This document shows positions 37,188 to 50,531 of a stretch of 64,000 nucleotides of DNA, in pieces. Location: assembly GCA_016874095.1 (NCBI GenBank), contig VGVH01000002.1, positions 36,431 through 100,430 on the forward strand. The letters run 5' to 3'. The stretch comes from Gammaproteobacteria bacterium. GTDB lineage: Bacteria; Pseudomonadota; Gammaproteobacteria; Steroidobacterales; GCA-2729495. The notes under the pieces are model-generated. The model did not search any database. It was not told where the DNA came from and was given only the letters and a program-made list of their open reading frames with translations. A program made the translations under genes and the position numbers. The stretch's first letter is position 1; the number at the start of each line of letters is the position of its first letter.

Positions 37188-37997
37188 TTACCGTGCCGTG
37201 AGTCCGCCGTCGACGACGAGCTCGGCACCGGTGATGAAGCTGGCGGCGTCGGAAGCGAGAAAGAGCACCGCCGAGGCGACGTCTTCCGGCTTGCCGATCT
37301 CCCGCAGGGCCTGCATGTCCATGTAGTAGCGGCGTGCCGCCTCGAGATCGGCCGACAGCCCCTTTTCCACGCGCTCGGCGAACTCCTGGTGCAGCATGGG
37401 CGTGTCGGTATTGCCCGGGTGCACCGAGTTCACGCGGATTCCCCAGCCAGCCCGGCCGCACTCGACGGCGACGGACTTGCTGAAGACGCGCACGCCGCCC
37501 TTGCTGGCGCAGTACGCTGAGAGCCCTTCGGCGCCGATGATGCCGCCGACGGACGACAGGTTGACGATTGCTCCGCCGCGACCCGCCGCCCCGCCCGGCC
37601 GCATGGCTGCCACCGCAGCGCGCGTCCCGAGGAACACGCCGTCCAGGTTGACGGCCTGCACGCGCCGCCACTCATCGAACGACGTATCGACAACCGTGCG
37701 CACGAATGCGATGCCCGCGTTGTTCACCAGGATGTCGAAGCCGCCGAACTCTGCGATCGCCTCGGCCGCCACGCGCTGCCAGTCCTGCTCGCGCGTGACG
37801 TCGAGCGCCAGCGCGAGTGCGCGCCCGCCGTCACGGCCGATCGCCTCAACGGTGGCTGCAACCGACGCTGTATCGATATCCGTCGCGACCACCGCCGCGC
37901 CGTGGCTCGCCAGGGCGCGGGCACAGGCGGCACCGATGCCACTGCCCGCACCGGTGACGACCGCTACTTTGCCGTCCACGCGCAGCGATGCCTTCAC
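37188..37997 (-). CDS. Short-chain dehydrogenase/reductase
   Basis: TGAGSGIG, NNAG, NLSS, YCASK, RVNSVHPG; GTG start at 37997. Confidence 0.93.
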   Translation of the reverse strand: MKASLRVDGKVAVVTGAGSGIGAACARALASHGAAVVATDIDTASVAATVEAIGRDGGRALALALDVTREQDWQRVAAEAIAEFGGFDILVNNAGIAFVRTVVDTSFDEWRRVQAVNLDGVFLGTRAAVAAMRPGGAAGRGGAIVNLSSVGGIIGAEGLSAYCASKGGVRVFSKSVAVECGRAGWGIRVNSVHPGNTDTPMLHQEFAERVEKGLSADLEAARRYYMDMQALREIGKPEDVASAVLFLASDAASFITGAELVVDGGLTAR

Positions 37998-37998
37998 G

Positions 37999-39699
37999 TC
38001 AACGGGCCCCGCCCTGGTTGACCAGGAAGAGGATGCTGTTGGCCTTGTCACCGCGGCCCTTGCGCGCCGGATGCGCGGTGATCCAGTCCTTCGGCACGAG
38101 CTCCGGGAAATTGCCCAGGCCGAGCACGATGTCCGCGCGACCGTCGGCATTCACGTCGGCCGACTCGATCGACGCCCAGACGCCGAAGGCCCCGGGCGGT
38201 AGCGACTGCGGCGCGAAGCGGAAGCCGCCATGGTTCTCGAGGTAGACGAAGGTCTCGGGCTCGGCCTCGCTCCACTCCGGGAAGAGCGCGATCGCGGCCA
38301 CGTCGGCGTCGCCGTCGCCATCGAAATCACGGACGACCGAGCGGATCGCGCCGTGCATACGCCGGTACCAGACCTCGCTGAAGGTCAGCCCGCCGTCGTT
38401 CCGGTAGAAACGGATGCCGTGGTGCGGCCGCGGTGCCGGCACGACCTGGCCGATGCCGTTGCCGGCGACGTTGTCGCCGTTCAGCACGAGGAGGTCAGGA
38501 TCCCCGTCGCCGTCGAAATCCGCGGCACGGACACTGTTACCGCCCCAGGCAGGCCCGTGCGCAGCAACGACGTGGCGGCGGTAACGCTCGTTGCCTTCAT
38601 TGACGTAAAGCACCGTTTCCTGCCTGCCCTGCGCGATGACGGCGCCGATGTCACGACGACCGTCGCTGTTGAAGTCGGCGATGGCGAAGCTGATGAGCCC
38701 GCTGTCCTTCGCGACGACCGATTCCCTGAGGCCCGCCGGCGTGTCATACCAGATGGCCAGCAGGCTCTGGGCGTCGTCAAAGATGCCATCGCCGAATGCG
38801 ACACCGACGATGTCCTGCCGGCCATCGCCGTTCATGTCGGCGCCGGCCTGCTCGACGAAGCGCTGCTTGCGGTCGACGAGAACCCGGGAATCGACTTTCC
38901 CGCCTGCGAAGGTCCAGTCGGTGACCTGCGCCAGCCCGACGCTGCTCATCGGGAACCGGCCGTGCGTCACGACCCGCACACCGCGGCCGGCCGGCGCCAT
39001 GTCGATGGGATCGCTGGCAAGCTGCTGCGTGTGCAGGCGCCTTCCGGTCAGAAGATCCACCACGAGCAACTCATCCCACTGGTCGAATCCGGCGCGGCGC
39101 TCGCCGCCAGCGACCCAGTCATCGACGACTGTCTTGCCCACGTAGAGCCGCCCCTGCGCCGGATCGACCAGGGTCGACAGGATCAAGGCATCCGGCGGAA
39201 CTTCGACGGGCGGTTCCATCGGCGCGAACAGCCGCGTCAGCGGCGGCTTCGGCTCCTGCTGACGCATTGCGGCGGCGGGTTTCGCCGCCGACAGGTAGTA
39301 CTCGCGAAGGACCCGGAATTCGTCCGCGCTCATCTGCGGCGCCGGCGGAATGTGCAGCTTGAACGGATACAGGTCGCGGAAGTAACCGTCCGGCCCATGC
39401 AGGAAATACCGCTTCGTGTAGTCCTGCACGGGCTCGAGCTCCGGCGGAAACCCCTCGACCCGCATGTCCGGGAACTCGTCGCCCTTCATGCCGACGTAGT
39501 TGCCCATGTAGTGCAAGGCATAGGGCCAGTACTCGCGCGACAGATCCGCGGGCGCAGGCGCCAGATGGCAGCGGGTGCAGTGGCGCTGGACTAGCTGCTC
39601 CGCGCCGGTCGCTGCCTCAGCTGGCGCGGGGGATTTGTTGCCGCAGGCTGCGAGCAGCAGCAGCACGGGAACGGCTGACCACGTGGTGGGGTTCGGCAT
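37999..39699 (-). CDS. Lipoprotein with N-terminal c-type heme motif and FG-GAP/VCBS repeats
   Basis: Lipobox LLLAAC, CTRCH, repeats DMNGDGRQDI, DFNSDGRRDI, DFDGDGDPDL, DFDGDGDADV, DVNADGRADI. Confidence 0.85.
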   Translation of the reverse strand: MPNPTTWSAVPVLLLLAACGNKSPAPAEAATGAEQLVQRHCTRCHLAPAPADLSREYWPYALHYMGNYVGMKGDEFPDMRVEGFPPELEPVQDYTKRYFLHGPDGYFRDLYPFKLHIPPAPQMSADEFRVLREYYLSAAKPAAAMRQQEPKPPLTRLFAPMEPPVEVPPDALILSTLVDPAQGRLYVGKTVVDDWVAGGERRAGFDQWDELLVVDLLTGRRLHTQQLASDPIDMAPAGRGVRVVTHGRFPMSSVGLAQVTDWTFAGGKVDSRVLVDRKQRFVEQAGADMNGDGRQDIVGVAFGDGIFDDAQSLLAIWYDTPAGLRESVVAKDSGLISFAIADFNSDGRRDIGAVIAQGRQETVLYVNEGNERYRRHVVAAHGPAWGGNSVRAADFDGDGDPDLLVLNGDNVAGNGIGQVVPAPRPHHGIRFYRNDGGLTFSEVWYRRMHGAIRSVVRDFDGDGDADVAAIALFPEWSEAEPETFVYLENHGGFRFAPQSLPPGAFGVWASIESADVNADGRADIVLGLGNFPELVPKDWITAHPARKGRGDKANSILFLVNQGGAR

Positions 39700-39719
39700 G
39701 GAGACGTGAATTCAGAAAC

Positions 39720-39812
39720 TGGCGGAGAGGGAGGGATTCGAACCCTCGATACAGCTTTTGACTGTATAACGGTTTAGCAAACCGCCGCCTTCGGCCACTC
39801 GGCCACCTCTCC
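39720..39812 (-). tRNA. tRNA-Ser, anticodon GCT
   Basis: GGAGAGGTGGCCGAGTGGCCGAAGGCGGCGGTTT-GCT-AAACCG, long variable arm, TTCGAAT T-loop, CCA end. Confidence 0.97.
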
Positions 39813-39889
39813 GGGATTCGGGTCCCGCTGACGGGGTCGCCACGATACCCGGATCGCCGGACCCTGTCGCGGGGTGAGCCGGCGCGGGA

Positions 39890-40096
39890 TCAGCCTTTCG
39901 CCTCGTCTCGCACGACATCCGGCGCGTTCTCGCGCTCTTCGGTGATGCGCTGGAAGATTTCCTCGCGATGCACGGTCACATCGCGCGGCGCCTTCACGCC
40001 GAGCCGCACCTGGTTGCCCTTGACGGCCAGCACGGTGACATCGACATCGTCGCCGATGACCACCGTCTCTCCCACCCGTCGCGTCAGGATCAACAT
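39890..40096 (-). CDS. csrA: Carbon storage regulator CsrA/RsmA
   Basis: [30 protein letters not shown]. Confidence 0.97.
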   Translation of the reverse strand: MLILTRRVGETVVIGDDVDVTVLAVKGNQVRLGVKAPRDVTVHREEIFQRITEERENAPDVVRDEAKG

Positions 40097-40198
40097 GGAC
40101 GTACTCCCCCCACTGGCCATTTTTTGTCAAATCCGCGTGGGTAGCGGTGCGTCAGTCCATCCTGAACTGCCGCTCGTAAGGCCCCGATGATACGCCGG

Positions 40199-41353
40199 TT
40201 ATTCCCGCCCTGGCCAGACCAGGCTCGCATAGAGGGATTGATATCGATTCACCATATTGTCGAGGCCGAACCGGGCGCTGGCGGCCTGGCGGGCGGCCTG
40301 ACCGTGGCGGTGGCGCAACGTGTCGTCCGCGATGTAGCCGGCCAGGAGAGAGGCGAGTCCGTCGATGTCCCCCGGCGCCATGAACCGGCCCGAAACGCCC
40401 TCCTCGACCAGCTCGACGTTGCCGCCGACGGCGGTTGCGATGACCGGCAGGCCTGTCGCCATTGCCTCGAGGATCGTGTTCGAGATGCCCTCCGCCAGCG
40501 AGGGCAGTACGAACACGTCGAAGGATCTCAGCACCTGCGGGATGTCCTGTCTCGCTCCCGGCAACCAGGCAAGTTCGGTGAGTCCCAGTGAGTGGACGAG
40601 CGCCTGCATGTCGGCCGCCTGCGGCCCGGTCCCTACCAGCGCCAGGCGGGCGCGCGCCGCCAGTGCCGGTTCCCGCTCGCGCAACCGGGCAAACGCCCGG
40701 ACGAGCGTCGCCTGATCCTTGACCGGCTGGAGACGGCCCAGCGTGCCGATCACCACCGTTCCAGGTGCCGCGAAGCCCTCTGGCAGGACACCTGCCGACC
40801 TGGCAGCAGACGGCGTGAACTGATCCGTATCGACGCCGTTGCAGATCGTCTCGATACGCTTTGCAGGTACGCCCACCCGGCGCTGGAGATAAAGCGCAAT
40901 CTCCTGCGACACGGCCACGTAACGGGTCACGAACGGCGAGTGCAGGCGACGAAGCAGCGCGGGCTTCAGGCGTGTGCCGGCCAGATCCAGCGTGTCCCAG
41001 CCATGCTCGCCGTGCACCCGCAACGGCACGCCCGCGAGCGCTGCCGGCACTAGAGCGTCGAGTCCGGAGAGGCCGCGGGAATGGACGATCGCGGGCTGCA
41101 ACTCGCGGCAAAGCCGGTACAGCGCGCGGCGCAGACCCCAGACCCCGACCTGCGATCGATGCAGCGCGTACAGGGCGACGCCTGGTCGCGATATGCGCTC
41201 GCGGAACGCGTCATGGTCCTCGACGCAGGCGATGGCGTGGCGGAAGCGATCGGCCGGCATGCGGTTCAGGAGATTGACGAGACCGTTCTCCAGCCCACCT
41301 GTCATGAGGTGGTGGATCACGTGCAGGACCAGCGGCGGGTCTTGCGGGTTCAC
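40199..41353 (-). CDS. GT4 glycosyltransferase, PEP-CTERM/XrtA-system associated type (TIGR03088-like)
   Basis: HVIHHLMTGGLENGLVNL, RVHGEHGWD, PSLAEGISNTILEAMA. Confidence 0.85.
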   Translation of the reverse strand: MNPQDPPLVLHVIHHLMTGGLENGLVNLLNRMPADRFRHAIACVEDHDAFRERISRPGVALYALHRSQVGVWGLRRALYRLCRELQPAIVHSRGLSGLDALVPAALAGVPLRVHGEHGWDTLDLAGTRLKPALLRRLHSPFVTRYVAVSQEIALYLQRRVGVPAKRIETICNGVDTDQFTPSAARSAGVLPEGFAAPGTVVIGTLGRLQPVKDQATLVRAFARLREREPALAARARLALVGTGPQAADMQALVHSLGLTELAWLPGARQDIPQVLRSFDVFVLPSLAEGISNTILEAMATGLPVIATAVGGNVELVEEGVSGRFMAPGDIDGLASLLAGYIADDTLRHRHGQAARQAASARFGLDNMVNRYQSLYASLVWPGRE

Positions 41354-41359
41354 AGCGGC

Positions 41360-43972
<2,613 letters not shown>

Positions 43973-43977
43973 GGCTT

Positions 43978-44436
43978 TCAGGCGAAACTCGCGCGAATCT
44001 GTGCCGCGGTGAAGCCGCGGTACTCGAGGAACCGCGACTGCTTCGCGCGTTCCACGTAGTCGGTCGGCGCGGCCTCGCCGAAGCGACGACGCCGCACATC
44101 GCGGGCGCGAGCCTCCCAGTCGTCGATGCCGGCGAGCGCGCTGGCGACCAGATCCGACGCCACGCGGCGTTCCACGAGTTCGGCGCGGATTCTAATGGGT
44201 CCGTAGCCTCGCCGGATACGGGACGAGACATAGGCCGTGACGAAGCGGTCGTCGTCTGCGAGGCCCTCGCCCGTCAGCCGATCCAGGGCCGCGTCGATCT
44301 CCGCTGCTGCGTATTCGCGGGCCGCCAGCTTCTCGCGCAATTCCGCGCGCGAGTGCTCGCGCCGGGCGAGCAGGTCCATGGCGGCATGGCGGGCAGTGCG
44401 CCGGCGACGACTGGAGCGCGGGTCCTCGCCCGTCAC
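43978..44436 (-). CDS. recX: Regulatory protein RecX
   Basis: [30 protein letters not shown]; GTG 44436 preferred over ATG 44490. Confidence 0.92.
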   Translation of the reverse strand: MTGEDPRSSRRRRTARHAAMDLLARREHSRAELREKLAAREYAAAEIDAALDRLTGEGLADDDRFVTAYVSSRIRRGYGPIRIRAELVERRVASDLVASALAGIDDWEARARDVRRRRFGEAAPTDYVERAKQSRFLEYRGFTAAQIRASFA

Positions 44437-44443
44437 GGCCGCA

Positions 44444-45487
44444 TCAGGCTTCGGCCGCCTCCGGGCCGCTGTCCGCGCCGCTGTCGGCACCCGCCGTTGC
44501 GGTTGCAGTCAGTGCGCGGATCTTGCCCCCGATTTCCTTTGCCACGGCAGGGTTCTGGATGAGGTATTCGCGGGCGTTTTCCTTGCCCTGCCCGATCCGG
44601 TCCTTGCCGTAGTTGAACCAGGCGCCCGACTTGGCGATGAGGCCGTGCTTGACACCGAGTTCGATGATCTCGCCCTCGCGCGAAATGCCGTGGTTGTAGA
44701 GGATCTCGAATTCCGCCGTCTTGAACGGCGGCGCGACTTTGTTCTTGACGACTTTCACGCGCGTCTCGGCGCCGATCACCTCCTCGCCCTTCTTGATCGA
44801 GCCGATGCGGCGGATATCGAGGCGTACCGAGGCATAGAACTTCAGCGCATTGCCGCCGGTGGTCGTCTCCGGGTTGCCGAACATGACACCGATCTTCATG
44901 CGGATCTGGTTGATGAAGATGACGATCGTGTTGGACCGCTTGATGTTGCCGGTGAGCTTGCGCAGGGCCTGCGACATGAGGCGTGCCTGCAGGCCGACAT
45001 GGGTGTCGCCCATCTCGCCCTCGATTTCGGCCTTCGGCGTCAGCGCGGCGACCGAGTCGACCACGACGATATCGACGGCGCCGGAGCGGACCAGCAGGTC
45101 CGTGATCTCCAGGGCCTGCTCGCCGGTGTCCGGCTGCGAGACCAGCAGGTCATTGACGTTGACGCCGAGTTTCTCGGCGTAGATCGGGTCGAGCGCATGC
45201 TCTGCATCCACGAACGCCGCCGTGCCGCCGGCGCGCTGGCACTCCGCAATGACCTCGAGGGTCAGTGTCGTCTTGCCGGAAGATTCCGGCCCGAAGATCT
45301 CGACGACGCGACCGCGTGGCAGCCCGCCGACGCCGAGCGCGAGGTCGAGCCCGAGCGAGCCGGTGGAAACGACTTCGATGTCCCTGGCAGGTCCGCCATC
45401 GCCCAGGCGCATGACGGAACCCTTGCCGAATTGCCGTTCGATCTGTCCCAGTGCGGCGGCCAGCGCCTTCTTGCGATTGTCGTCCAT
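44444..45487 (-). CDS. recA: Recombinase RecA
   Basis: [33 protein letters not shown]. Confidence 0.99.
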   Translation of the reverse strand: MDDNRKKALAAALGQIERQFGKGSVMRLGDGGPARDIEVVSTGSLGLDLALGVGGLPRGRVVEIFGPESSGKTTLTLEVIAECQRAGGTAAFVDAEHALDPIYAEKLGVNVNDLLVSQPDTGEQALEITDLLVRSGAVDIVVVDSVAALTPKAEIEGEMGDTHVGLQARLMSQALRKLTGNIKRSNTIVIFINQIRMKIGVMFGNPETTTGGNALKFYASVRLDIRRIGSIKKGEEVIGAETRVKVVKNKVAPPFKTAEFEILYNHGISREGEIIELGVKHGLIAKSGAWFNYGKDRIGQGKENAREYLIQNPAVAKEIGGKIRALTATATAGADSGADSGPEAAEA

Positions 45488-45610
45488 GATGATTGCGCCC
45501 GGATGAGGTGGAAGAAGCCGATGCGCGGGATTATTCCACAGAACACCGTGCCGGACAGGTCGGAAAAAGCGGCGTCTTTACCTCGATTTGCGAAACCGGA
45601 AAAAGCGCCT

Positions 45611-46111
45611 TCAAGGCGCCGTCAGCAGGACGAGAGTCCCCTCCAGCGCCGCGATCACCGCCTGGCGGCGGATCGCATCGCGGTCTCCCGTGAACCTCTG
45701 GGTGAGGGAAATGAGCTGGACGCCTGGTCCGGCCCAGGCAAAACAGACGGTTCCGACGGGCTTGCCCGCCGTGCCACCGTCGGGACCGGCGATGCCCGTC
45801 ACCGCCAGGGCGATTTCGGCGGCGCTCTCTATGCGGGCACCGGTGGCCATCTGCTCGGCGACGTCCTCGCTCACGGCCCCGAGACCCGCGATCGTGTCAG
45901 GGCTCACACCGAGCAGACGCTCCTTGGCCTCGTTGCCGTAGGAAACCACGGCACAGTCGAACCAGGTTGATGCGCCTGGCTGGTCCGTCAGGAGTTTCGC
46001 GATCCAGCCGCCGGTGCAGGACTCCGCCACGGCGATCCGCGCGCTCTTGGCGGCCAGCGCCGCAGCAATGCGGCGGACGAGGTCGGCTGCCCGCGCGTCG
46101 AAGTCCTTCAT
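45611..46111 (-). CDS. cinA: CinA C-terminal domain protein (NMN deamidase PncC-like)
   Basis: AESCTGG, GAVSEDVA, TGIAGPDGG, KPVGTV. Confidence 0.92.
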   Translation of the reverse strand: MKDFDARAADLVRRIAAALAAKSARIAVAESCTGGWIAKLLTDQPGASTWFDCAVVSYGNEAKERLLGVSPDTIAGLGAVSEDVAEQMATGARIESAAEIALAVTGIAGPDGGTAGKPVGTVCFAWAGPGVQLISLTQRFTGDRDAIRRQAVIAALEGTLVLLTAP

Positions 46112-47202
46112 GGGGGCCGAGTCTCAAGCACTTCGCCGTACAAGGTCAAATGAGCTTCAACCATGTCGGCTACGCGGAACTCGCGGGCTGCCCATTGCCA
46201 GGCCGCTTCGGCGAATGCACGCCGGCGCTCCTCGTTCTGCAGCAGTTCGCTCACAGCGATCGCCAGGGCCTCGATGTCGCCAGCCTTCACCAGGTACCCG
46301 GTCCTGCCATCGGCGATGGTCTCCGGCACGCCCCCGGCGCGGAACGCGACCACCGGCACGGCGGCTGCCTGCGCCTCGAGGAGCGCGAGACCCAGGCCCT
46401 CCTCCAGGGCCGCGTGGACCACGAGGTCGAGGCGACCGAGGAACGACGGCAGGTCCGTCCGGAATCCGGCGAATACCACGCTGTGTCCGATGCCGAGGCG
46501 CCGGACCTGGCGGCGCAGCTCCGACTCGAGCGCTCCCTGCCCGAACAGGAGCAGACGCGCCGTCGGGCACTCCCGCAGGATCAGGCGCCAGGCGCGCAGC
46601 AGGAGCTCATGGCCCTTGCGCGGGATCAACTGGGCCACGCAGCCCACCAGCAGCACGCGGGGATCCAGCCCGTACTCGCGGCACAGCCGCTCGCGCGTCC
46701 AGTTGGGGTCGCTCAGCGCCGGCTCGACGGCGCTGCGGATCAACGCCAGGCGGCGCGCACTCACGCCCGCGCCTTCGAGCTGCTGGAGAATGGCGCGCGA
46801 GATGGCGATGACGCGGGAGTAGCTGCGATAACGGAAACGCGCCGTGACACGGCGCTCGGGCCGGTCCACGCGACGCGACAACACCGCCGGCAGGCCGACC
46901 CGGCACGCAGCCATTCCGCCCATCCAGTCTGCACCACGCCGGCTGTGCACGTGCAGGAGGTCAGGCTGCAACTCCCGCAGCAGCCCGGCAAACCGGCCGA
47001 CGAAAGGCAGGTCGAGATCGCCGGCCATCGGCAGCGCCCGCACGGCAAGGCCGGCGCGGCCGGCATGAAAGACGAAATCGCTCGCCTGCGGGCAGACCAC
47101 GGTCGTGCCGACGCCCCGGCCCTGCAGCCCGCGGGCGAGCCACAACACCTGCCGGGCGCCGCCGTAGACATGGCGGCCGGTTTCCAGATGCACGACGTGC
47201 AT
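46108..47202 (-). CDS. GT4 glycosyltransferase
   Basis: [31 protein letters not shown]; start at 47202. Confidence 0.88.
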   Translation of the reverse strand: MHVVHLETGRHVYGGARQVLWLARGLQGRGVGTTVVCPQASDFVFHAGRAGLAVRALPMAGDLDLPFVGRFAGLLRELQPDLLHVHSRRGADWMGGMAACRVGLPAVLSRRVDRPERRVTARFRYRSYSRVIAISRAILQQLEGAGVSARRLALIRSAVEPALSDPNWTRERLCREYGLDPRVLLVGCVAQLIPRKGHELLLRAWRLILRECPTARLLLFGQGALESELRRQVRRLGIGHSVVFAGFRTDLPSFLGRLDLVVHAALEEGLGLALLEAQAAAVPVVAFRAGGVPETIADGRTGYLVKAGDIEALAIAVSELLQNEERRRAFAEAAWQWAAREFRVADMVEAHLTLYGEVLETRPP

Positions 47203-47312
47203 GGACTCACTCTGCCGTCCGGGACACGGCACGGTCAACGCTCTTCCGGACCTGCACCGCAGCAGGCGACAATGGCAGCTCAGGGCCGAACAAGAAAATC
47301 CACCCAACCCCG

Positions 47313-49862
47313 ATGAGCCAGCCTGCCGACGAAACCGGGCACACGCCTGTCATGGCGCAGTACCTGCGCATCAAGGCGGATCACCCCGACATGCTGGTCT
47401 TCTACCGCATGGGGGATTTCTACGAGCTCTTCTACGACGATGCACGGCGCGCCGCCAGCCTGCTCGATATCACCCTCACGGCGCGCGGACAGTCCGGTGG
47501 TCAGCCTATCCCGATGGCGGGCGTGCCTTACCACGCGGCCGATAGCTACCTCGCGCGGCTCGTCCGGCAGGGCGAGTCGGTGGCCATCTGCGAGCAGGTA
47601 GGCGATCCGAAGACATCGAAGGGTCCCGTGGAACGCCGGGTGGCCCGCATCGTCACGCCGGGCACCCTGACCGACGAAGCGCTCCTGGAAGCGCGACGCG
47701 ACAACCTGATCGCCGCCGTGTGCCGGGAAGGGCGCAGGGGCATCGCCTGGCTCGAACTGTCCACCGGTCGCTTCTGCGTGACGGAAGTGGAATCGGACGA
47801 GGAACTCGGCGCGGAACTCGAGCGGTTGCGGCCAGCCGAACTGCTGATCAGCGAAGGGAGCGGCTCGCCGGGACCTGCCTGCGCCACCAGCGTACGCGAA
47901 CGTCCACCGTGGCACTTCGACGCCGAGGCCGCTACCCGTGCGCTCTGCGCGCAATTCGGCACCCGCGACCTTGCGGGTTTCGGGGTCGCGAACCTTACCT
48001 CAGCGGTGCGTGCCGCCGGCTGCCTGCTCGCCTATGTGCGCGACACCCAGCGAACCACCCTGCCCCACGTCGAGGGACTCAGCGTCGAGCAGCGCAGCGA
48101 CGCGCTGCTCATGGATGCGGCCACGCGTCGCAATCTGGAGATCGATACCCACGCCAGCGGCCGCGACGAGTACACGCTGGCCGGCGTTCTCGATCAGTGC
48201 GCGACGACGATGGGCAGCCGCCTGCTGCGGCGCTGGCTGAACCGCCCGCTGCGCGACCATGCGGTACTCGAGCGCCGCTACCAGGCCATCGAAGCGCTGC
48301 GTGCCGGGGATGGCGGCGCACTGGCGACTGCCTTGCGTACCATCGGCGACCTCGAGCGCATCCTCGCCCGCGTGGCGCTCGGCAGCGCGCGGCCGCGCGA
48401 TCTGGCGCAGCTCAGGCTCGCACTGCAGATGCTGCCGGAGATCCGCGCACTGCTCGGCCACTACGACTCGCCGCTGCTGGCGGCGCTCGGGGGCCGGATC
48501 GGCGAGCACGTGGCAGAACGCTCGCAGCTCGAACGGGCCGTGATCGACAACCCGCCGATGCTGATTCGCGATGGCGGCGTCATCGCGCCCGGGTACGACC
48601 GCGAGCTCGACGGGCTGCGCGACATCGCCGCGAATGCAGACCGTTACCTGCTGGACCTGGAGGAGCGTGAGCGCTCGCGCACGGGCCTGCCGTCGCTGAA
48701 AGTCGGCTACAACCGCATCCACGGCTACTACATCGAGTTGACGCGCGCGCAGGCCGCGAGCGCACCAGCCGACTACACCCGCCGCCAGACGCTCAAGGGC
48801 ACCGAGCGCTACATCACGCCGGAACTGGCGGATTTCGAGGGCAAGGTGCTGTCGGCGAGAGACCGGGCGCTCGCCCGCGAGAAGGATCTCTACACATCCC
48901 TGCTCGCCACACTGGCCGCCTCGCTCGCGCCGCTGCGGCAGATGGCGGGCGCGCTTGCCGAGGCCGACGTGCTGGTGAACCTCGCCGTGCGCTCCGTGGC
49001 GCTCGGCTACTGCAGGCCGGAGCTTTCGGTCGAGCCAGGCATTGCCATCCGCGGGGGGCGGCATCCGGTGGTGGAGACCGTTCTGGATGGCCCGTTCGTG
49101 CCGAACGACCTCGCGCTCGGCCCAGAGCGGCGGCTGCTGGTGATCACCGGTCCCAACATGGGCGGCAAGTCGACGTTCATGCGCCAGGCGGCGCTGATCG
49201 CGATCCTCGCCCACGTGGGCAGCTGGGTGCCGGCCGACGCCGCGCGCATCGGAGCGCTCGATCGCATCTTCACGCGCATTGGTGCGGCCGACGACCTGGC
49301 GGGCGGCCGCTCGACGTTCATGGTCGAGATGACCGAGACCGCGAACATCCTGCACAACGCGACGGCGGAAAGCCTCGTGCTCATGGACGAAGTGGGTCGT
49401 GGCACGAGCACCTACGACGGCCTGTCGCTGGCCTGGGCGGCCGCGCACTACATCGCCGAGCGCATCGGTGCCTTCACGCTCTTCGCCACGCACTACTTCG
49501 AGTTGACCGCGCTCGCAGACGAGCTGCCTGCCTGCGCCAACGTGCATCTCGACGCCACGAGCCACGGCGACCAGCTCATCTTCCTGCACGCCGTGAAGGA
49601 GGGCCCGGCGAACCAGAGCTACGGCCTCGCGGTCGCCGCGCTCGCCGGCGTACCGGGCACGGTCATCGCCCGGGCGCGCGCCTATCTCGCCCGGCTGGAG
49701 CAGCAGGCGAGCGCTCCCCGCCCGCCAGCCCCGCAGCGCGAACTCGACCTGCAATCGGCCGCGGTCGCCGATCCCCTGCGCGAGGCACTGGCGCGGATGG
49801 ACCCGGACCGGATGACGCCGCGCGAGGCGCTGGACGCCTTGTACCAGCTGCGGAAGCTCTGA
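47313..49862 (+). CDS. mutS: DNA mismatch repair protein MutS
   Basis: [43 protein letters not shown]. Confidence 0.99.
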   Translation: MSQPADETGHTPVMAQYLRIKADHPDMLVFYRMGDFYELFYDDARRAASLLDITLTARGQSGGQPIPMAGVPYHAADSYLARLVRQGESVAICEQVGDPKTSKGPVERRVARIVTPGTLTDEALLEARRDNLIAAVCREGRRGIAWLELSTGRFCVTEVESDEELGAELERLRPAELLISEGSGSPGPACATSVRERPPWHFDAEAATRALCAQFGTRDLAGFGVANLTSAVRAAGCLLAYVRDTQRTTLPHVEGLSVEQRSDALLMDAATRRNLEIDTHASGRDEYTLAGVLDQCATTMGSRLLRRWLNRPLRDHAVLERRYQAIEALRAGDGGALATALRTIGDLERILARVALGSARPRDLAQLRLALQMLPEIRALLGHYDSPLLAALGGRIGEHVAERSQLERAVIDNPPMLIRDGGVIAPGYDRELDGLRDIAANADRYLLDLEERERSRTGLPSLKVGYNRIHGYYIELTRAQAASAPADYTRRQTLKGTERYITPELADFEGKVLSARDRALAREKDLYTSLLATLAASLAPLRQMAGALAEADVLVNLAVRSVALGYCRPELSVEPGIAIRGGRHPVVETVLDGPFVPNDLALGPERRLLVITGPNMGGKSTFMRQAALIAILAHVGSWVPADAARIGALDRIFTRIGAADDLAGGRSTFMVEMTETANILHNATAESLVLMDEVGRGTSTYDGLSLAWAAAHYIAERIGAFTLFATHYFELTALADELPACANVHLDATSHGDQLIFLHAVKEGPANQSYGLAVAALAGVPGTVIARARAYLARLEQQASAPRPPAPQRELDLQSAAVADPLREALARMDPDRMTPREALDALYQLRKL

Positions 49863-49889
49863 GAACTGCCGAGGACTGGCTCTTCGCGC

Positions 49890-50531
49890 CTAGCCGCGCC
49901 TGAAAGCGCCGTGACGCAGGAAATGCGCCGTCTGGTCGGCTACGTCGCGGTTGACCAGGAACCCTGCATGGCTCACCGGCAACTCGAGGTGATCGGCGAT
50001 GCCGGGCAAGCGCGTCTCGGCGACCGTGATGGTGCCGTCGTTCGGCTTCTCCAGCGTCTCGACCAGCGTGCCGAGCCCGCTGTTCAGCGTTCCGGCGATG
50101 CTGCCAACCTGCTGTGATCCGTCCCAGCGCTCGAGCCGCGGCGCGAGCACGCCATCGCACACCGTCGCGCCCAGGATCATCTCGCCGTAGGGCCAGCGGG
50201 CCACGGCGCGTGCGGCGGCGCTGCCGAGGAACGGCGTGCCGAGCGCCACCACCCGCTGCACCCGCTCGTCCGGGTGGCGCTGCAGCGTGTGCAGCGCCAG
50301 GAGACCGCCGAGGCTGTGGCCGACGAGGTGCAGTCTCCCGGCGGGCAGCGAGCGAAGGTACGCCGCAAGCGCCGCGATGTTGTCGTCGAGGCCGTCGTTG
50401 ACGGTGCGATAACTGAATCGTTCTGTCGCGAAGCCGTGCCCGTCGCGCAGTCGCGCGCGCAGCAGGCTGGTTTCGAGCCCTGTCATCCACAGTCCGTGGA
50501 TCAGGACGACGGTCCCGGCCGTGGCTCTCAA
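49890..50531 (-). CDS. Alpha/beta hydrolase (lipase/esterase-like)
   Basis: LIHGLWM, GHSLGG nucleophile elbow, NDGT, SH. Confidence 0.88.
   Translation of the reverse strand: MRATAGTVVLIHGLWMTGLETSLLRARLRDGHGFATERFSYRTVNDGLDDNIAALAAYLRSLPAGRLHLVGHSLGGLLALHTLQRHPDERVQRVVALGTPFLGSAAARAVARWPYGEMILGATVCDGVLAPRLERWDGSQQVGSIAGTLNSGLGTLVETLEKPNDGTITVAETRLPGIADHLELPVSHAGFLVNRDVADQTAHFLRHGAFRRG

Noticed and set aside
40102-40130. TTGACA -35 upstream of csrA
   Set aside because: No convincing -10 at 16-18 bp; that position falls on the RBS
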